DNA of 64,000 nucleotides from an uncultured bacterium (GTDB lineage Bacteria; Verrucomicrobiota; Verrucomicrobiia; Limisphaerales; UBA8199): NCBI GenBank assembly GCA_963749495.1, contig CAVVMW010000008.1, positions 288,001 to 352,000 of the forward strand, read 5' to 3'. Shown piece by piece: positions 40,093 to 51,806 of this stretch (position 1 is its first letter; each line of letters starts with the position of its first letter). The notes under the pieces were generated by a model. It saw only the letters and a program-made list of their open reading frames with translations, ran no database searches and was not told where the DNA came from. The position numbers and the translations under genes were made by a program.

Positions 40093-43000
40093 ATGAATGC
40101 ACCTTTGGAAAACCCGCTTTCGAGGAGAAGGATGAGCGCGCGCTATTGGGCTGCGGGCCTGGCCTTGGCCCTGGCTGGCCTCTGCCATGAGGCCGCCGCA
40201 CAGACGGCGCCGCTCCAATTGGCCCAACCCGCCATGCTGGTCGACACCGACTTCCAGCTTGGCCTCGATTGGCAGTCCAAGCGCGGCGTTCCCTTGTCGA
40301 GCACTGCCGGCAACGGCTCGGACGGGCGCTACGCGTTCACCAACGGCCCGTCGCTGCTGCCCAATACACCCTACCAATTCCAGTCCTGTGTGACTGTTGC
40401 CTCGGTCCCCGTGCAGGGGAGCACAAACCTCGTCCCCAGCGCCGGCTTCGCCTCCAACGTGGTCAGCCTCAGGTGGCCCCACAGCACCACCGATGGCAAC
40501 CCCAACAGCCCGGTGGCCCTCATCCTGCGCTCCGCCCAAATCGGCGCGCCCTATTTTGGCCAGCAGGTCTCGTTCTACTTCGGCCAGGTGATTCCGGTGC
40601 CCAGCACCGATGAGAACGGCCTGTCGCTGCCGCTGGGCAGCGCCCAGAATTACTGGTTCCCCATGCCCTTCACCACCAACAACTACGCCACTGCCCCCTA
40701 CTACTGGAGCCGCAATGCCCAGGCCGTCTTTGCTACGCAGCCCGGCGTCATTAGCATCACCTGGCAAAAGGCGACGCCAACCAGTACGGCCCCTCCCGAT
40801 TACGCCGGCAATCCCGCCAACTACTACATCCAGGCCGGCTACTATTATCGCCTCTACACCCTGCGCTACCTGGTTTCCGGCACTCCCATCCAGCCGCCGC
40901 AAAAGATGTATTGGACCGAAGGCTCGTTCGGCAGCCTGGGCAAACCGGTCGATGTCCCCACCGCCCGCGTCAGCGCCGTCAACGTGGTCTATAACAACGC
41001 CTTCCCAGCCACTGCCGCGCCCTACCAGGATCCGAACGCCGTGCCGCCGACCAACCCGACCAATATGTTCCAGGAAACCCGCACGCTCTGGTTCGACAGC
41101 ACGCGCAACCAGATCCTCGCCTACAACGTCGAGGGGCGGGTCTTCGTCGAGTTGTTGGGGGAACTAAACCCGGACAACGTCACGCGCCGCTACCTGGGCT
41201 GCGAGATCGTCGATGTCTTCAAACAGCCGGTGCCGCAGGATGTGACCATCGACCTCGGCGAAAAGGTCACCGCCTACCAGGATGGCCGGGACGACTCGGC
41301 GCTTTATCCCTGGCCCGTGGACCAGGTCAACAGCGCTATCTTCTTTTACCAGCAATACGCCGCCAATGGCGGCAACCGCATGACTTATTGGGCGGGCCGC
41401 GAGACGGTCAATCTCAACGATTTCCAGGCCCATTGGCTCATCGAAGGCGTCGCCGGGCTGCGCTGGCCGTATCTGTTCGACCGCTACCACCTGGTCTGGC
41501 CCAACGATGTGACCCGATACAGCCAGTATGTGCGGCCGTTGGTCCCCACCGAAGTCGAAGCGAAGCTGACGGCGGTGCCGTTGCCGACCCAGAATGCGCC
41601 GTTCATTCAATACCAGGACCCGCTGGACCAGGTCCGCGGCAAGCTGACCGACACCTTCGCCTATTACACCTGGCTGGTCCCGGCCTACCCGGCCCACCGC
41701 GGCCTGTTGCGGTTCACCAGCGGCGATGCGGTCTGGTTCGAGCGCGTGTTCTCCTGGCTCGATGCGGGCCTGAAAACCAATGCCCTGTTCGCCAACACCA
41801 TCGCCACCAATCTCACCACCTGGAACACCAACAACGGGACGTTCAACTTCGGGGCGAACAACTTCCTGGCCCCGCGGGTCCTCAACGCGACCGTCAACGT
41901 CGGCGACCGCATCTCACCGCCCGCGGACGAGACGTGGTCCGGCACCAACTACTGGGCGGGCTACATCCTGCAAACCAACGGCAATTCCTTCGACATCAAC
42001 GCCTACCAGGACCCCTTCGTGGTCGGGTTCACCCAGGCCAATCTCACCGCCATCATCCCCGTCAATGCCATCCCCGGGCACAACCTCCTCGAAATCTGGT
42101 GGTTCCGCGGCAACCAGGCCGATGGCTCGCTTGGCTTTGTCCGCAACTATTGGCCTGCGATCATCGGGCGCTATACACTGCAATGGCCTGTCAATGGGGA
42201 CGAGATTATCCTGGCGCGCAACGACGGGAGCGGGCCGCTCGACAACCTGCAGGCCCAAGGCCGCATTTACACCCAGAACGACCCCACCCTGGCCGGCTAC
42301 AACCCCAACGAGGAGCACGCGATCATGATCGGCGGCCAGGCCTGGGCGCTGCGCGACGACCTCAATATCACCAACGCCCTAGGCTATTCCTCCGCTCCGT
42401 TCGTCTTGCTCGAGTATGTCAAGGGCGACGGGCGCCCGGCCATGCACGCCTTCAAGGTGCGCCGTGAAAAACCCGAGGCGGGCATCCTCTTCGATTACGT
42501 CGCCGAGGCGGGCGCCGGGGTGCTCCAGGCCCCGATGCCATTGCCCGTGATGGAGCCGCCGGTCGAGGGCATCGGCATCAACGTGGTCAACTACAACGCC
42601 GAGCCGCCGGGCAACTCCCTCGACCTGCCGGGCGGGTGGAATAGTGGGTCCGCGCAGGGACCGTATTCCCACTATCAGCGCTTCACCTTCGAGGATCGCA
42701 AGCACGACTTCCACGTCTATCGCGGCCTGCACGCGGGGTTGCCGCTGCTCAGGGCCGGCCAGTACGTGCCCGCCAGCGATAGCTTCGGACAGTTGCCAGC
42801 CGCCCTCGCCCTGGTCGGCTCGCCCTACGCGTATTACATCCAGGCCTCCAGGCGCCAGGAAACGCTCACTATGGGGATTACCCCCGACTTGCCGGGCGGG
42901 TTGTCGCTGGCGCAAACCAACGGCCTCTGGGCTATCCTCGGCGTGCCCACGGCCACAGGCTCGAATCTCTTCACCATCCGCATCCAGGACGCCGGCAACC

Positions 43001-46000
43001 TTTCCACCGCGACCAACACGCTCTCCCTCGCCGTGGCGACGAACGGGACGCCCTCCGCGCTGGGCCTGCTGGCTATCACCAGCACCAATCAATATTCCGG
43101 CGCGATGAACACGTTTACCAGCCGCCCGCCGCACCTGGCCCAGGCCCCCACCCCGGCCAACAGCTTTACCATGCGCTTTTATTACAAGACCCAAAAGGGC
43201 TTCGCCTGGCCGGGCCTCGGCAACCCGCCGCCGGAGGAAACCATTGTGCCCTACCTCCGGCCGTGGGACCCCATCGCCAGCGCCTACGCAGGCGACCCCA
43301 CGAACAAATACACCGCCAGTCTGGACATCGTCTATCGGCCCGTCTGGCCCGCGTACATCCCGGGCGTCTCGCCGCCCACGCCGCTGCCCAAACTTTTCGC
43401 CGGCCAGACGCTGACCGACCCCATCAACAACCTGGCGGCCGTGCGCGGCAATAGCAGCGCCCTGGTGCTTTACCAGCAATCCATCGCCACCAACCTCACG
43501 GCCGCCACCGCCAGTGTCGCCCTGTTCGACCCCACTTGCGAGAAGGCATCCGACCTCACCAACGCCGGCCTCACCAAGCTGCCCGACAGCATTCGCACCG
43601 ATTCCTACCAGGGCCGGCTCTATTTCCCCAATCTGCCGCCCCACCTGGTGCAAAGGCTGTTCTTCGACCCGCACCGCGGCACCATGGGAGCGCTCGTCTT
43701 CCAGGGCCAGTTCAATAGCCCCCCTACGGGCGCGAGCTTCCTCGATTTGAACGTGCTCAGCGGCGACGATCTTGCCGCTGTTCTTGCGCTCTGCACGCCG
43801 GTGCGATCCCAACTATAGCGGCTGGACCACTCTGGTCCAGGACCTCGCCGCGAACGTCCTGACCTTCCACGAAGACCCGAACGTGCCGGGCCAGTTCATC
43901 GCGAACCCCGACTGGACGGTCAGTCGTTTCTACGGTGACCTGGTCCAGGTGACCAATTCGGACACGGCAATAGATTCCTATGCGGTGAGCGCCTGCGGTC
44001 CCGGCTCGGGCTACATCTCCTACATCGTCGGCAATGGCCGTGCCTTCACGCCCCCGGGCGACCCGGTCTCGCTCTATATCGCCCGCGTCGCTCCGCCCCT
44101 CTTCCAAGGGGAACTCAAGGTCGTCTTTGACCCCAATCCCCTCAGCGAGATGATTGGTTTCCAGCACACCTGCGACCTGGCCGGGCGCACGGCCAATTAT
44201 CAATACGAGTGGCGCATCGCCGCGCCCGTCAATGGCGACTACCCGCATTCGCCCGGCAACGACTTCGGCAATGACCCGACCTGGCAATTGCTGGTGCGGG
44301 CCAACGGGCAGCCGCGCTACACCCTGGGCGGCAACGCCGGCGTCCAGGCCCTGAGCGACAATTGGATCACCATGCGCTATCGCTCGACCGATCCCGCCGC
44401 CGACCCGGCCATTACCAACTGGTCCGACTGGACCAAACCGCAACTGGCCGAAGGCTGGATCAAACGCGTGCTCGACGGCATCAACCCCTTCAACCAGCGC
44501 ACCGCCGATTTGTTCGACAACCGCGTCAACACCGATGTCTCGATTCTGACCCAGGCTGGCCACCGCTGGGAAGGGGACGTGGCCCTCAATTCCGAGACCA
44601 TCAACGATTACGGCTTGATCGAGATCTACGAGACGGTCCTGCACCGTGGCGAGGCGCTGAGCATCGGCGCCACACCCGGCATCAACTACGGCCCGGCCAA
44701 CGACGCCCTGTTGCTGGCCGCCGGCTACCTCAACGACCTCTACATGATGCTCGGCGGCGAGGCCTGGGCCAACGCCGCCAATCCGACCATCGGCATCGGC
44801 ACCAAGGACTACAGCCTGGGCAACATCGCCACCGCCCTCTTCGCTTTCAAGGGCGAGGTCGCCTCCCTGCTCGAGCAGGAACTGGACCTGCTCCGTGGAC
44901 GCGATGACTCCATGGAGCCCGGCGTCACCATCCCCCCGGTCTATAACCGCCTCTATTGGAACTACACCCGCGGCATCGATTCGGGCGAAGTCGTCTATTT
45001 GATCAACTACGACATCTCGGACCAGAACGGCGATGGGGTCATCGACGCCAGCGACGCCGCCATCCAGTATCCCCAGGCCCACGGGGACGCCTACGGGCAC
45101 TACCTGACCGCCCTCAAGGGCTATTATTCCTTGCTGATGAACCCGAGCTTTGACTGGGTGCCGCGCAGCGAAGCGGTTCTTGTGGCAGGCCAACCGGTCT
45201 CGGTGGATTACATGGATGAACGGAAGTTCGCCGCCGCCGCCGCCGCCCTGGCGCGGGCAGGCCGGCAGGTCTTCGACCTGACCTGGCGCCAGGATTACCA
45301 TCCCGGCGCCGGCAGCGGCTGGGGCTATTTCTCCGAGAAACTCGTCAATGCACAACGCACCTACACCTCGGGCGGAACCAACGCGTACGTGACGCGCTAC
45401 TGGGGCATGGATAATTGGGCCACACGCACCGGCCAGGGCGCTTACCTGCACTGGGTCGTCGGCAACGCCATCCTGCCGCCCGTCAACCCGGACCCCACCC
45501 ATCAGGGCATCCAGAAGATCGATCGCACGACCGTGCCCGAACTCGCCGAATTGCCAGCCATTGCAGATTCCATCCAGACCGATCTCCAAAACGCCGAGGC
45601 CGGCCTGACCCCGCTGGGGGTGGCCCAGAACGCCGTGCCCTTCGACATCAACCCCTACCAGATCACCGGCGCCAACGCCATAACACACTTCGAACAGATC
45701 TACCAGCGGGCCGTCGGCGCTCTGGCCAACGCGGCGACCGCCTTCGATGACGCCAGGAATGTCACCCAGGCCATGCGCTCCGGCCAGGACTCCGCCTCCG
45801 ATTTCAAGGCCACCGTCGACAAGCAGGAGGCCGCCTATACCAATTCCCTCATCGATATCTACGGCACTCCCTACCCGGATGACATCGGCCCCGGCCAGAC
45901 CTACGCCACCGACTACGCCGGCCCGGACCTGCTCCACTATATGTACGTCGAGAATGTCGAAAGCACGTTCGACGGCGCGCTGCCCGACCCGGCCTCCACC

Positions 46001-48016
46001 CAGACCTTCAAACTCGACATCAGCAAGCTCCCGGCCGACTACCAGGACGTCCTTTACACGGACGCCAACTTCATAACCAACAGTTCTTCTGCCGACTACA
46101 CAAGCTACGTGACATTCCAGCTCGGTCCGCTCGGCTTCTCCGGCAAGCCTGCCACCTGGACCTCCACCCGCGCCTCCCCCGGCAGTGTCCAGCAGGCCAT
46201 CTCCGGCTACATCCGCGCCTGGTACGCCCTCCAGCAGGCCCTGAGCGACGCCGTCACCGCCAAGCAAACCCTCGACAAAGCCGTCGCCGTCTTCCAGGCC
46301 CAGGTCCAGACCCATAACGACGAGCGCGACATCAAGCAAAACCTGCTGATAGCGCAAAACGTTTACAAAGGCGTGCAATGCGCCAGCGATATTGTGGATA
46401 AGGGCATCGCCAGCGCCAAAAACGTCGCGGCGCTGACCAGCGCATCCCTCGCCGCGGCCCTGCCCAAGGTGCTCATCGTCGGCATGGCCACCGGCGGCGA
46501 CCTGACGTCCGCGGCAGACGCGGCGATCAAAGCGGCCAATGCCATCACGCAAGGGAGCTTCGATGCGGCCAGCTTCGCCAAGTACGCGGTCGTGCGCGCC
46601 ATGCAAACTGCAACCGACCTCGCCCAGTCCGATGCAGACTTTTACGATATTCAACCCGACGATTGGGACCAGCAACTCCGCTCGTCGGTCGCCACGCTGG
46701 GCAACCAACTCAATGCCCTGCAAAACCGCCTCGTCACGATCAACCAACGCTTGCAAGACCTCGATGACGCCAAGCGCAAGTACGATCAAACGGTCGCGCA
46801 GGGCAACCGCATCCTGGCCGAGCGCCAGACCTTCCGCCAGAAGGCCGCGGCCATCATCCAGGGTTACCGCACCCGTGACGCCGCCTTCCGCATCTTCCGC
46901 GACGAAAAACTGGAACGATACAAGACCCTCTTCGACCTCGCCGCCCAATACGCCTTCCTGGCCGCCCAGGCCTACGACTACGAGACGGGCCTCCTCAACA
47001 CCGACGCCGGCGCGGCCTTCCTCAACCACATCGTCAGCGCCCAGGCCATCGGCGTCTTCACCGGCGGCAACCCCCAATACGCCGGCAGCGACACCGGCGA
47101 CCCCGGCCTCTCCAGCGCCCTGGCCGAGATGAAGGCCGATTGGGACGTCCTCAAGGGGCGCCTCGGTTTCAACAACCCGGACGGCTATGGCACCATCTTC
47201 TCGCTCCGCACCGAGAATTACCGCATCCTCCCCAGCTCGGATGGCAAGGCGGCCTGGCAGCAAACCCTCCAGGCCGGGCGCGTCCCGGACTTGCTGGCCG
47301 ACGCCGATGCGCGCCGCTACTGCATGCAACTGGGCGACGACAGCGGCCTGCCCCAGCCCGGCATTATTCTTAGCTTCGGCACCGTGGTCGCCGATGGCCT
47401 CAATTTCTTCGGCCAGCCCCTCGGAGCCGCCGATCACAATTTCAGCTCCAGTTCCTTTGCCACCAAGATCTTCTCTGTCGGCGTCAACTTCGACGGCTAC
47501 CTCGGCATGGACACCGCCAGCGGCGGCAGCACCAATGTCAGCGATCCCAATTGCCTGGCGGCCACGCCGTATATTTACCTGATCCCGGTCGGGCAGGACT
47601 CGATGCGCACCCCGCCGCTGGGCGATTCGAGCACGATCCGGGTCTGGACGGTGGATGACTTGGCCATCCCGCTGCCATTCAACATCAGCGCCAACGACCT
47701 GTCCTCTCCCAACTTCTGGGAATCGTCCGACTCGCTCACCGAGCCGTTGTACTCCGTGCGCAAGCACCAGGCCTTCCGGCCCGTCTCCAGCACCAGCCTC
47801 TTCACCGGGAGCAGCGTCTATGGCGGCAACAGCTTGTCCCGCTCCCAGTATGTCAACTGCCGCCTCATCGGCCGCTCTGTCTGGAACAGCAGATGGAAGC
47901 TGATCATCCCCGGCAAGGCCCTCCTCAATGATCCCAATGCCGGCCTGGACCGCTTTGTCCAATCGGTCAATGACGTGAAGCTCTATTTCATCACCTACTC
48001 CTACTCGGGCAATTAA
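40093..48016 (+). CDS. Giant secreted protein (~2,640 aa when joined across a frameshift near 43800) with a TcA-like helical C-terminal half
   Basis: ORFs 40093-43818 and 43772-48016 overlap with no new start signal. Signal peptide, putative Ig repeat, dockerin/EF-like DQNGDGVIDASDA, coiled coils around a hydrophobic hairpin, AAQAYDYETG. Confidence 0.75.
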
Positions 48017-48037
48017 CGCTCTGGCGCCTCAAAGCCT

Positions 48038-48973
48038 ATGAACTCGACCCCCCCTCCCACACCTGCCCCATCGGCAATCAAGCCCCGGATTCGGTTGCGG
48101 CCACCCATCAATCCAACAATCCACAAATCCGTCAATCCATTGGCCTGCTTGGGCCTGCTGCTCCTCGTCGCTGCCCTCTGGCCCTCTGCCGCATTGGCCT
48201 ATCCTCCCGCTCCCCATCACACCCTCTACGGATGCGTGCGCGACCAATACGGCACCCCGCTGACCGATACCAATGCCCAGGTCATCCTCCAAACACCGTC
48301 CGGCGTCCAACTCCAAACCGCCGTCTCCCCGGGACTGGGCAATGGGATCAATTACGCCCTCGCGGTGCCCATGGATGCCGGCCTCACACCGGACCTCTAT
48401 CAACCGACCGCCCTAACCGCCTCCGCCCAATTCAAGATGTCCGTCGCCATCGGCCAGACCACCAGTTTCCCGATCCAAATGACCGGCAACTTCTGCAACC
48501 TCGGCCAGCCCGGCAAACAGACCCGCCTGGATCTCACCCTGGGCACCGATGCCAACGGCAACGGCCTGCCCGATGCCTGGGAATTGGCATTCCTGCAAGC
48601 CCTCGGCCTGAACCTCGGCTTGAATGACCTCAATCCCGACATGGACCTGGCCCATAACGGCCGGACCCTGCGCGAAGAGTTCCTCCTTGGCAACTCCCTG
48701 TTCGACCCCGCCGATGCGTTCACCCTCCGCCTGGTCGATCCCAACGGCGGCTCCCCCATTATCGAGTTCACCACCATGACCGGCCGCTCCTATACCGTCC
48801 TGGGCTCCGCCGACCTGGCCGCTTGGGCGCCCCTGGCCTTCACCCTCCCTGCGGACAGTTCAGGCCAAATCCACAATTTCTACTACGCACCCGGCATCGG
48901 CGCCCTCCAGGTGCAAGTCCTCCAGCCCGGCTCCGGACCCGAAATGCATTTCTTCCGGTTGGTCCTGCAGTAG
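48038..48973 (+). CDS. Secreted hypothetical protein with a Ca-binding-type DxNxNGLPDAWE motif
   Basis: Signal LLLLVAALWPSAALA-YPPAP; DANGNGLPDAWE; C-terminal GRSYTV..S.DL..W...FFRL. Confidence 0.75.
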   Translation: MNSTPPPTPAPSAIKPRIRLRPPINPTIHKSVNPLACLGLLLLVAALWPSAALAYPPAPHHTLYGCVRDQYGTPLTDTNAQVILQTPSGVQLQTAVSPGLGNGINYALAVPMDAGLTPDLYQPTALTASAQFKMSVAIGQTTSFPIQMTGNFCNLGQPGKQTRLDLTLGTDANGNGLPDAWELAFLQALGLNLGLNDLNPDMDLAHNGRTLREEFLLGNSLFDPADAFTLRLVDPNGGSPIIEFTTMTGRSYTVLGSADLAAWAPLAFTLPADSSGQIHNFYYAPGIGALQVQVLQPGSGPEMHFFRLVLQ

Positions 48974-49021
48974 CACGATAGGGTTTGGCAAAACGGCCGG
49001 AGCCAGGTATTGGATCTGCCC

Positions 49022-51241
49022 ATGAAATCGAGCAGGCTCCTGGGCGCGTGCAGTGCTTTATTGCTGTCCTTGGGAGTCGTGGCGGCGCCGGCGCAGGGGG
49101 GCGATCCGGTCCGCGCGGCTCGGGGGTTGGTGGCGCGTGTGCTGCCGGCACAGGCGAAATCTTTCGTCCTGGAGACGATACCGGCGGACGTGGGCCGGGA
49201 CGTGTTCGAGATTGAGAGCCGGGACGGCAAGGTTGTCTTGCGCGGGAACACCGGCGTGGCCCTGGCCTGCGCGTTGAACTGGTATCTCAAGTACTATTGC
49301 CAGTGCCATTATTCGCTCAAGAGCCGGCAATTGGCGCTGCCGGACCCGCTCCCATCGGTCCAGCCAAAGGTGCGGCGTGTCAGCCAGGACCGCCTGCGGT
49401 ACTTTCTGAACTACTGCTGTTTCGGATACTCCCTGCCCTGGTACGACTGGGAGCAGTGGGAACGGCTCATCAATTGGATGGCGCTCAATGGGGTCAATGC
49501 GCCGCTCTCGGTGACCGGACAGGAGGCGGTCTGGCGCGCGGCCTCGAGACGCCTTGGGTTCACCGAATCGGACATGCGCGAGTTCCTGGCGGGGCCGCCC
49601 TATCTGCCATTCGGCTGGATGGGCTGCCTGGATGGCTGGGGCGGGCCGTTGCCGGCGAACTGGATCGAGCGCCACGCGGAGTTGGAAAAGAAGATCCTGG
49701 CGCGCGAACGCGCACTGGGAATGACCCCGGTCCTGCAAGGCTTCACCGGACACGTCCCGCCTGCCGCCCGGAAACGATTCCCCGGCGCGCGCCTGCACAC
49801 CGTCCACTGGGCGGAATGGGACACGCTGTTGCTGGACCCGCTGGACCCGCTGTTCAGCCGGGTGGCGGCCGTTTTCCTCGACGAGCAGAAGCGCCTTTTC
49901 GGCACCGACCACCTTTATGCGGCCGATACCTTCATCGAGATGACCCCGCCCAGCGGGGAGACGAATTTCCTGGCCGCCACAGCGCGGGCTATCTACCAGG
50001 GCCTGGCCCAAGCCGATGCCCAGGCGGTTTGGGTCCTGCAGGGCTGGACCTTTTTCAACCAGTCCCAGTTCTGGACGCAGCCGCGCATCGCCGCGTTCCT
50101 GGACGCGGTGCCCGACGCGCACCTGGTGGTGCTCGACCTGTTCTGCGACGTCACGCCAGTCTGGAACCGGACGGGCGGCTTTTGCGCCAAGCCCTGGCTC
50201 TGGTGCGCCTTGCAGAACTTCGGCGACTGCGTGTACCTGGGCGGCGCCCTCAACCGGATTCACACCGATCTGCCCGCCGCGCGCCGCGACCCCCTCGGCG
50301 CCCGCTTGACCGGCATCGGATTCGTCAACGAGGGCCTGGACTACAACCCGGTGGTCTTTGATTTTCTCTTCGAGCAGGCCTGGCGCCCGGAGCCGGTCGA
50401 GCTGGGGGCCTGGCTGCGCGATTACAGCCGCCGCGCGCACGGCACGCGCAACGCCGACTCCGAAGCCGCCTGGGCCATCCTCAAAGACACCGTCTTTACC
50501 GGCCAACACCAGGTGGCCCCGGCCTATACGCTCGTGCCCTCGCTTCAACCTGCCGGCGCTCTGCCTTACAGCAATGAGCAGTTGACGCGCGCCTGGCGGC
50601 GCCTGCTCGACGCCGCGCCCGCAGCCGGCGCGTCCGATGCCTACCGCTTCGACCTGGTCAGTGTCACCCGTCAGGCGCTGGGCAATGACTCGGCCGAGCT
50701 GCAACGGGACCTGGCCGCCGCCTGGCGGGCCAAGGACCGCCCGGCCTTGCAGGCGGCTTCGCGGCGCCTGCTCGAGTTGATTGCCGACCTGGATGAACTG
50801 CTGGCGACGCGCAGCGAGTATCTATTGGGCCGCTGGCTGGAGGACGCCAAACGCTGGGGAACCAACCGCCAGGAACGCGAACGGCTGGAGTGGAACGCGC
50901 GCCGCGTGCTCACGATGTGGGGGCAGCAAACGCTCATCCGCGATTACTCCAGGCGCCAGTGGTCGGGGATGCTCTCCGGGTTTTATCTCAAGCGCTGGGA
51001 GAAGTTCTGCCGCGCCCTGGATTCCGCGCTCGAGACGGGCTCGGCCTTCGACGAACGCGCCTTCGACACCGCCTTGCAGGAGTGGGAACGCCAATGGGCC
51101 GGGCAGCATGAATCCTACCCCGTCAAGCCCCGGGGCGCCCCCCTGGCGGTCTCGCGGCGGCTCTGGGACAAGTACCACAGAGTGTACCGGCGTGCGCCTC
51201 GTCGCGGCCCGACGGGCCGCCAGAGCCTGGCCCAGGGCTGA
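49022..51241 (+). CDS. Alpha-N-acetylglucosaminidase (GH89)
   Basis: RYFLNYCCFGYS, WMALNGVN, GMTPVLQGF, DTFIEM, WVLQGW, DYSRRQWSG. Confidence 0.92.
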   Translation: MKSSRLLGACSALLLSLGVVAAPAQGGDPVRAARGLVARVLPAQAKSFVLETIPADVGRDVFEIESRDGKVVLRGNTGVALACALNWYLKYYCQCHYSLKSRQLALPDPLPSVQPKVRRVSQDRLRYFLNYCCFGYSLPWYDWEQWERLINWMALNGVNAPLSVTGQEAVWRAASRRLGFTESDMREFLAGPPYLPFGWMGCLDGWGGPLPANWIERHAELEKKILARERALGMTPVLQGFTGHVPPAARKRFPGARLHTVHWAEWDTLLLDPLDPLFSRVAAVFLDEQKRLFGTDHLYAADTFIEMTPPSGETNFLAATARAIYQGLAQADAQAVWVLQGWTFFNQSQFWTQPRIAAFLDAVPDAHLVVLDLFCDVTPVWNRTGGFCAKPWLWCALQNFGDCVYLGGALNRIHTDLPAARRDPLGARLTGIGFVNEGLDYNPVVFDFLFEQAWRPEPVELGAWLRDYSRRAHGTRNADSEAAWAILKDTVFTGQHQVAPAYTLVPSLQPAGALPYSNEQLTRAWRRLLDAAPAAGASDAYRFDLVSVTRQALGNDSAELQRDLAAAWRAKDRPALQAASRRLLELIADLDELLATRSEYLLGRWLEDAKRWGTNRQERERLEWNARRVLTMWGQQTLIRDYSRRQWSGMLSGFYLKRWEKFCRALDSALETGSAFDERAFDTALQEWERQWAGQHESYPVKPRGAPLAVSRRLWDKYHRVYRRAPRRGPTGRQSLAQG

Positions 51242-51760
51242 GGCCGTCAGGCCGATGCCCTGGGTTTCGCCACAAACCCGGGCCCCGCGCCCCGCAAGGG
51301 CGCCAGAGCCCTCCAAATCGAACCCCGCAACCTTGGCACAACCTTTATCGCAGCCTTTGTCGCAGCCTTTGTCGGGAATTGGGGCCTTCGACAAAGGTCG
51401 CGACAAAGGCTGCGACGAAGGTCCGGAATCCACATGGGTGTGCCAATGTGGGTTGCTCCGATTTAGCGCCCCCATGAACCGACACCAAGTCCGAAGGTTT
51501 TGGACTGCGGCAGTCCTCTGCCGCTTTCGCGCCGGCAGCGAGGGGACACAAAAGCGGCAGAGGACTGCCGCAGTCCAAAACGCTTCGCGGGACGGGAACG
51601 CAGTGTCGAGGTTCAGGGGCGCAAAGCGCGAATTCGTTCCGGGAATTCTTTCAGGGTTTCAGCGTTTGGCGGCCTGACACCCAGGGTAGCGCGTTCCGCG
51701 CAACCCTGGGCTGAGTGATCAGCCTCTGCACTTTAGCCTTTAGCCTTTAGCCTTTACAAG
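51240..51760. repeat. Composite REP-like cluster plus heptamer repeat (CTTTAGC)n
   Basis: 12-mer gcctttgtcgca hairpin; ttttggactgcggcagtcctctgccgcttt inverted pair; cccagggt...accctggg; ctttagcctttagcctttagcc. Confidence 0.8.
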
Positions 51761-51806
51761 AGAGGGCTTGAGGTGGCCCGCCTTGAGTGGGACATTGCCT
51801 GCAAAT

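Noticed and set aside
43757..47962. 1401-aa minus-strand ORF and other long antisense ORFs (36264-38261, 42379-43812, 49058-50704, 51747-53495, 60970-62700)
   Set aside because: These are shadow frames of GC-rich genes on the opposite strand and contain no recognisable motifs.
34183..48973. Prophage or contractile injection system
   Set aside because: No terminase, capsid, sheath, tube or baseplate motifs were recognised, and the fibres have signal peptides.
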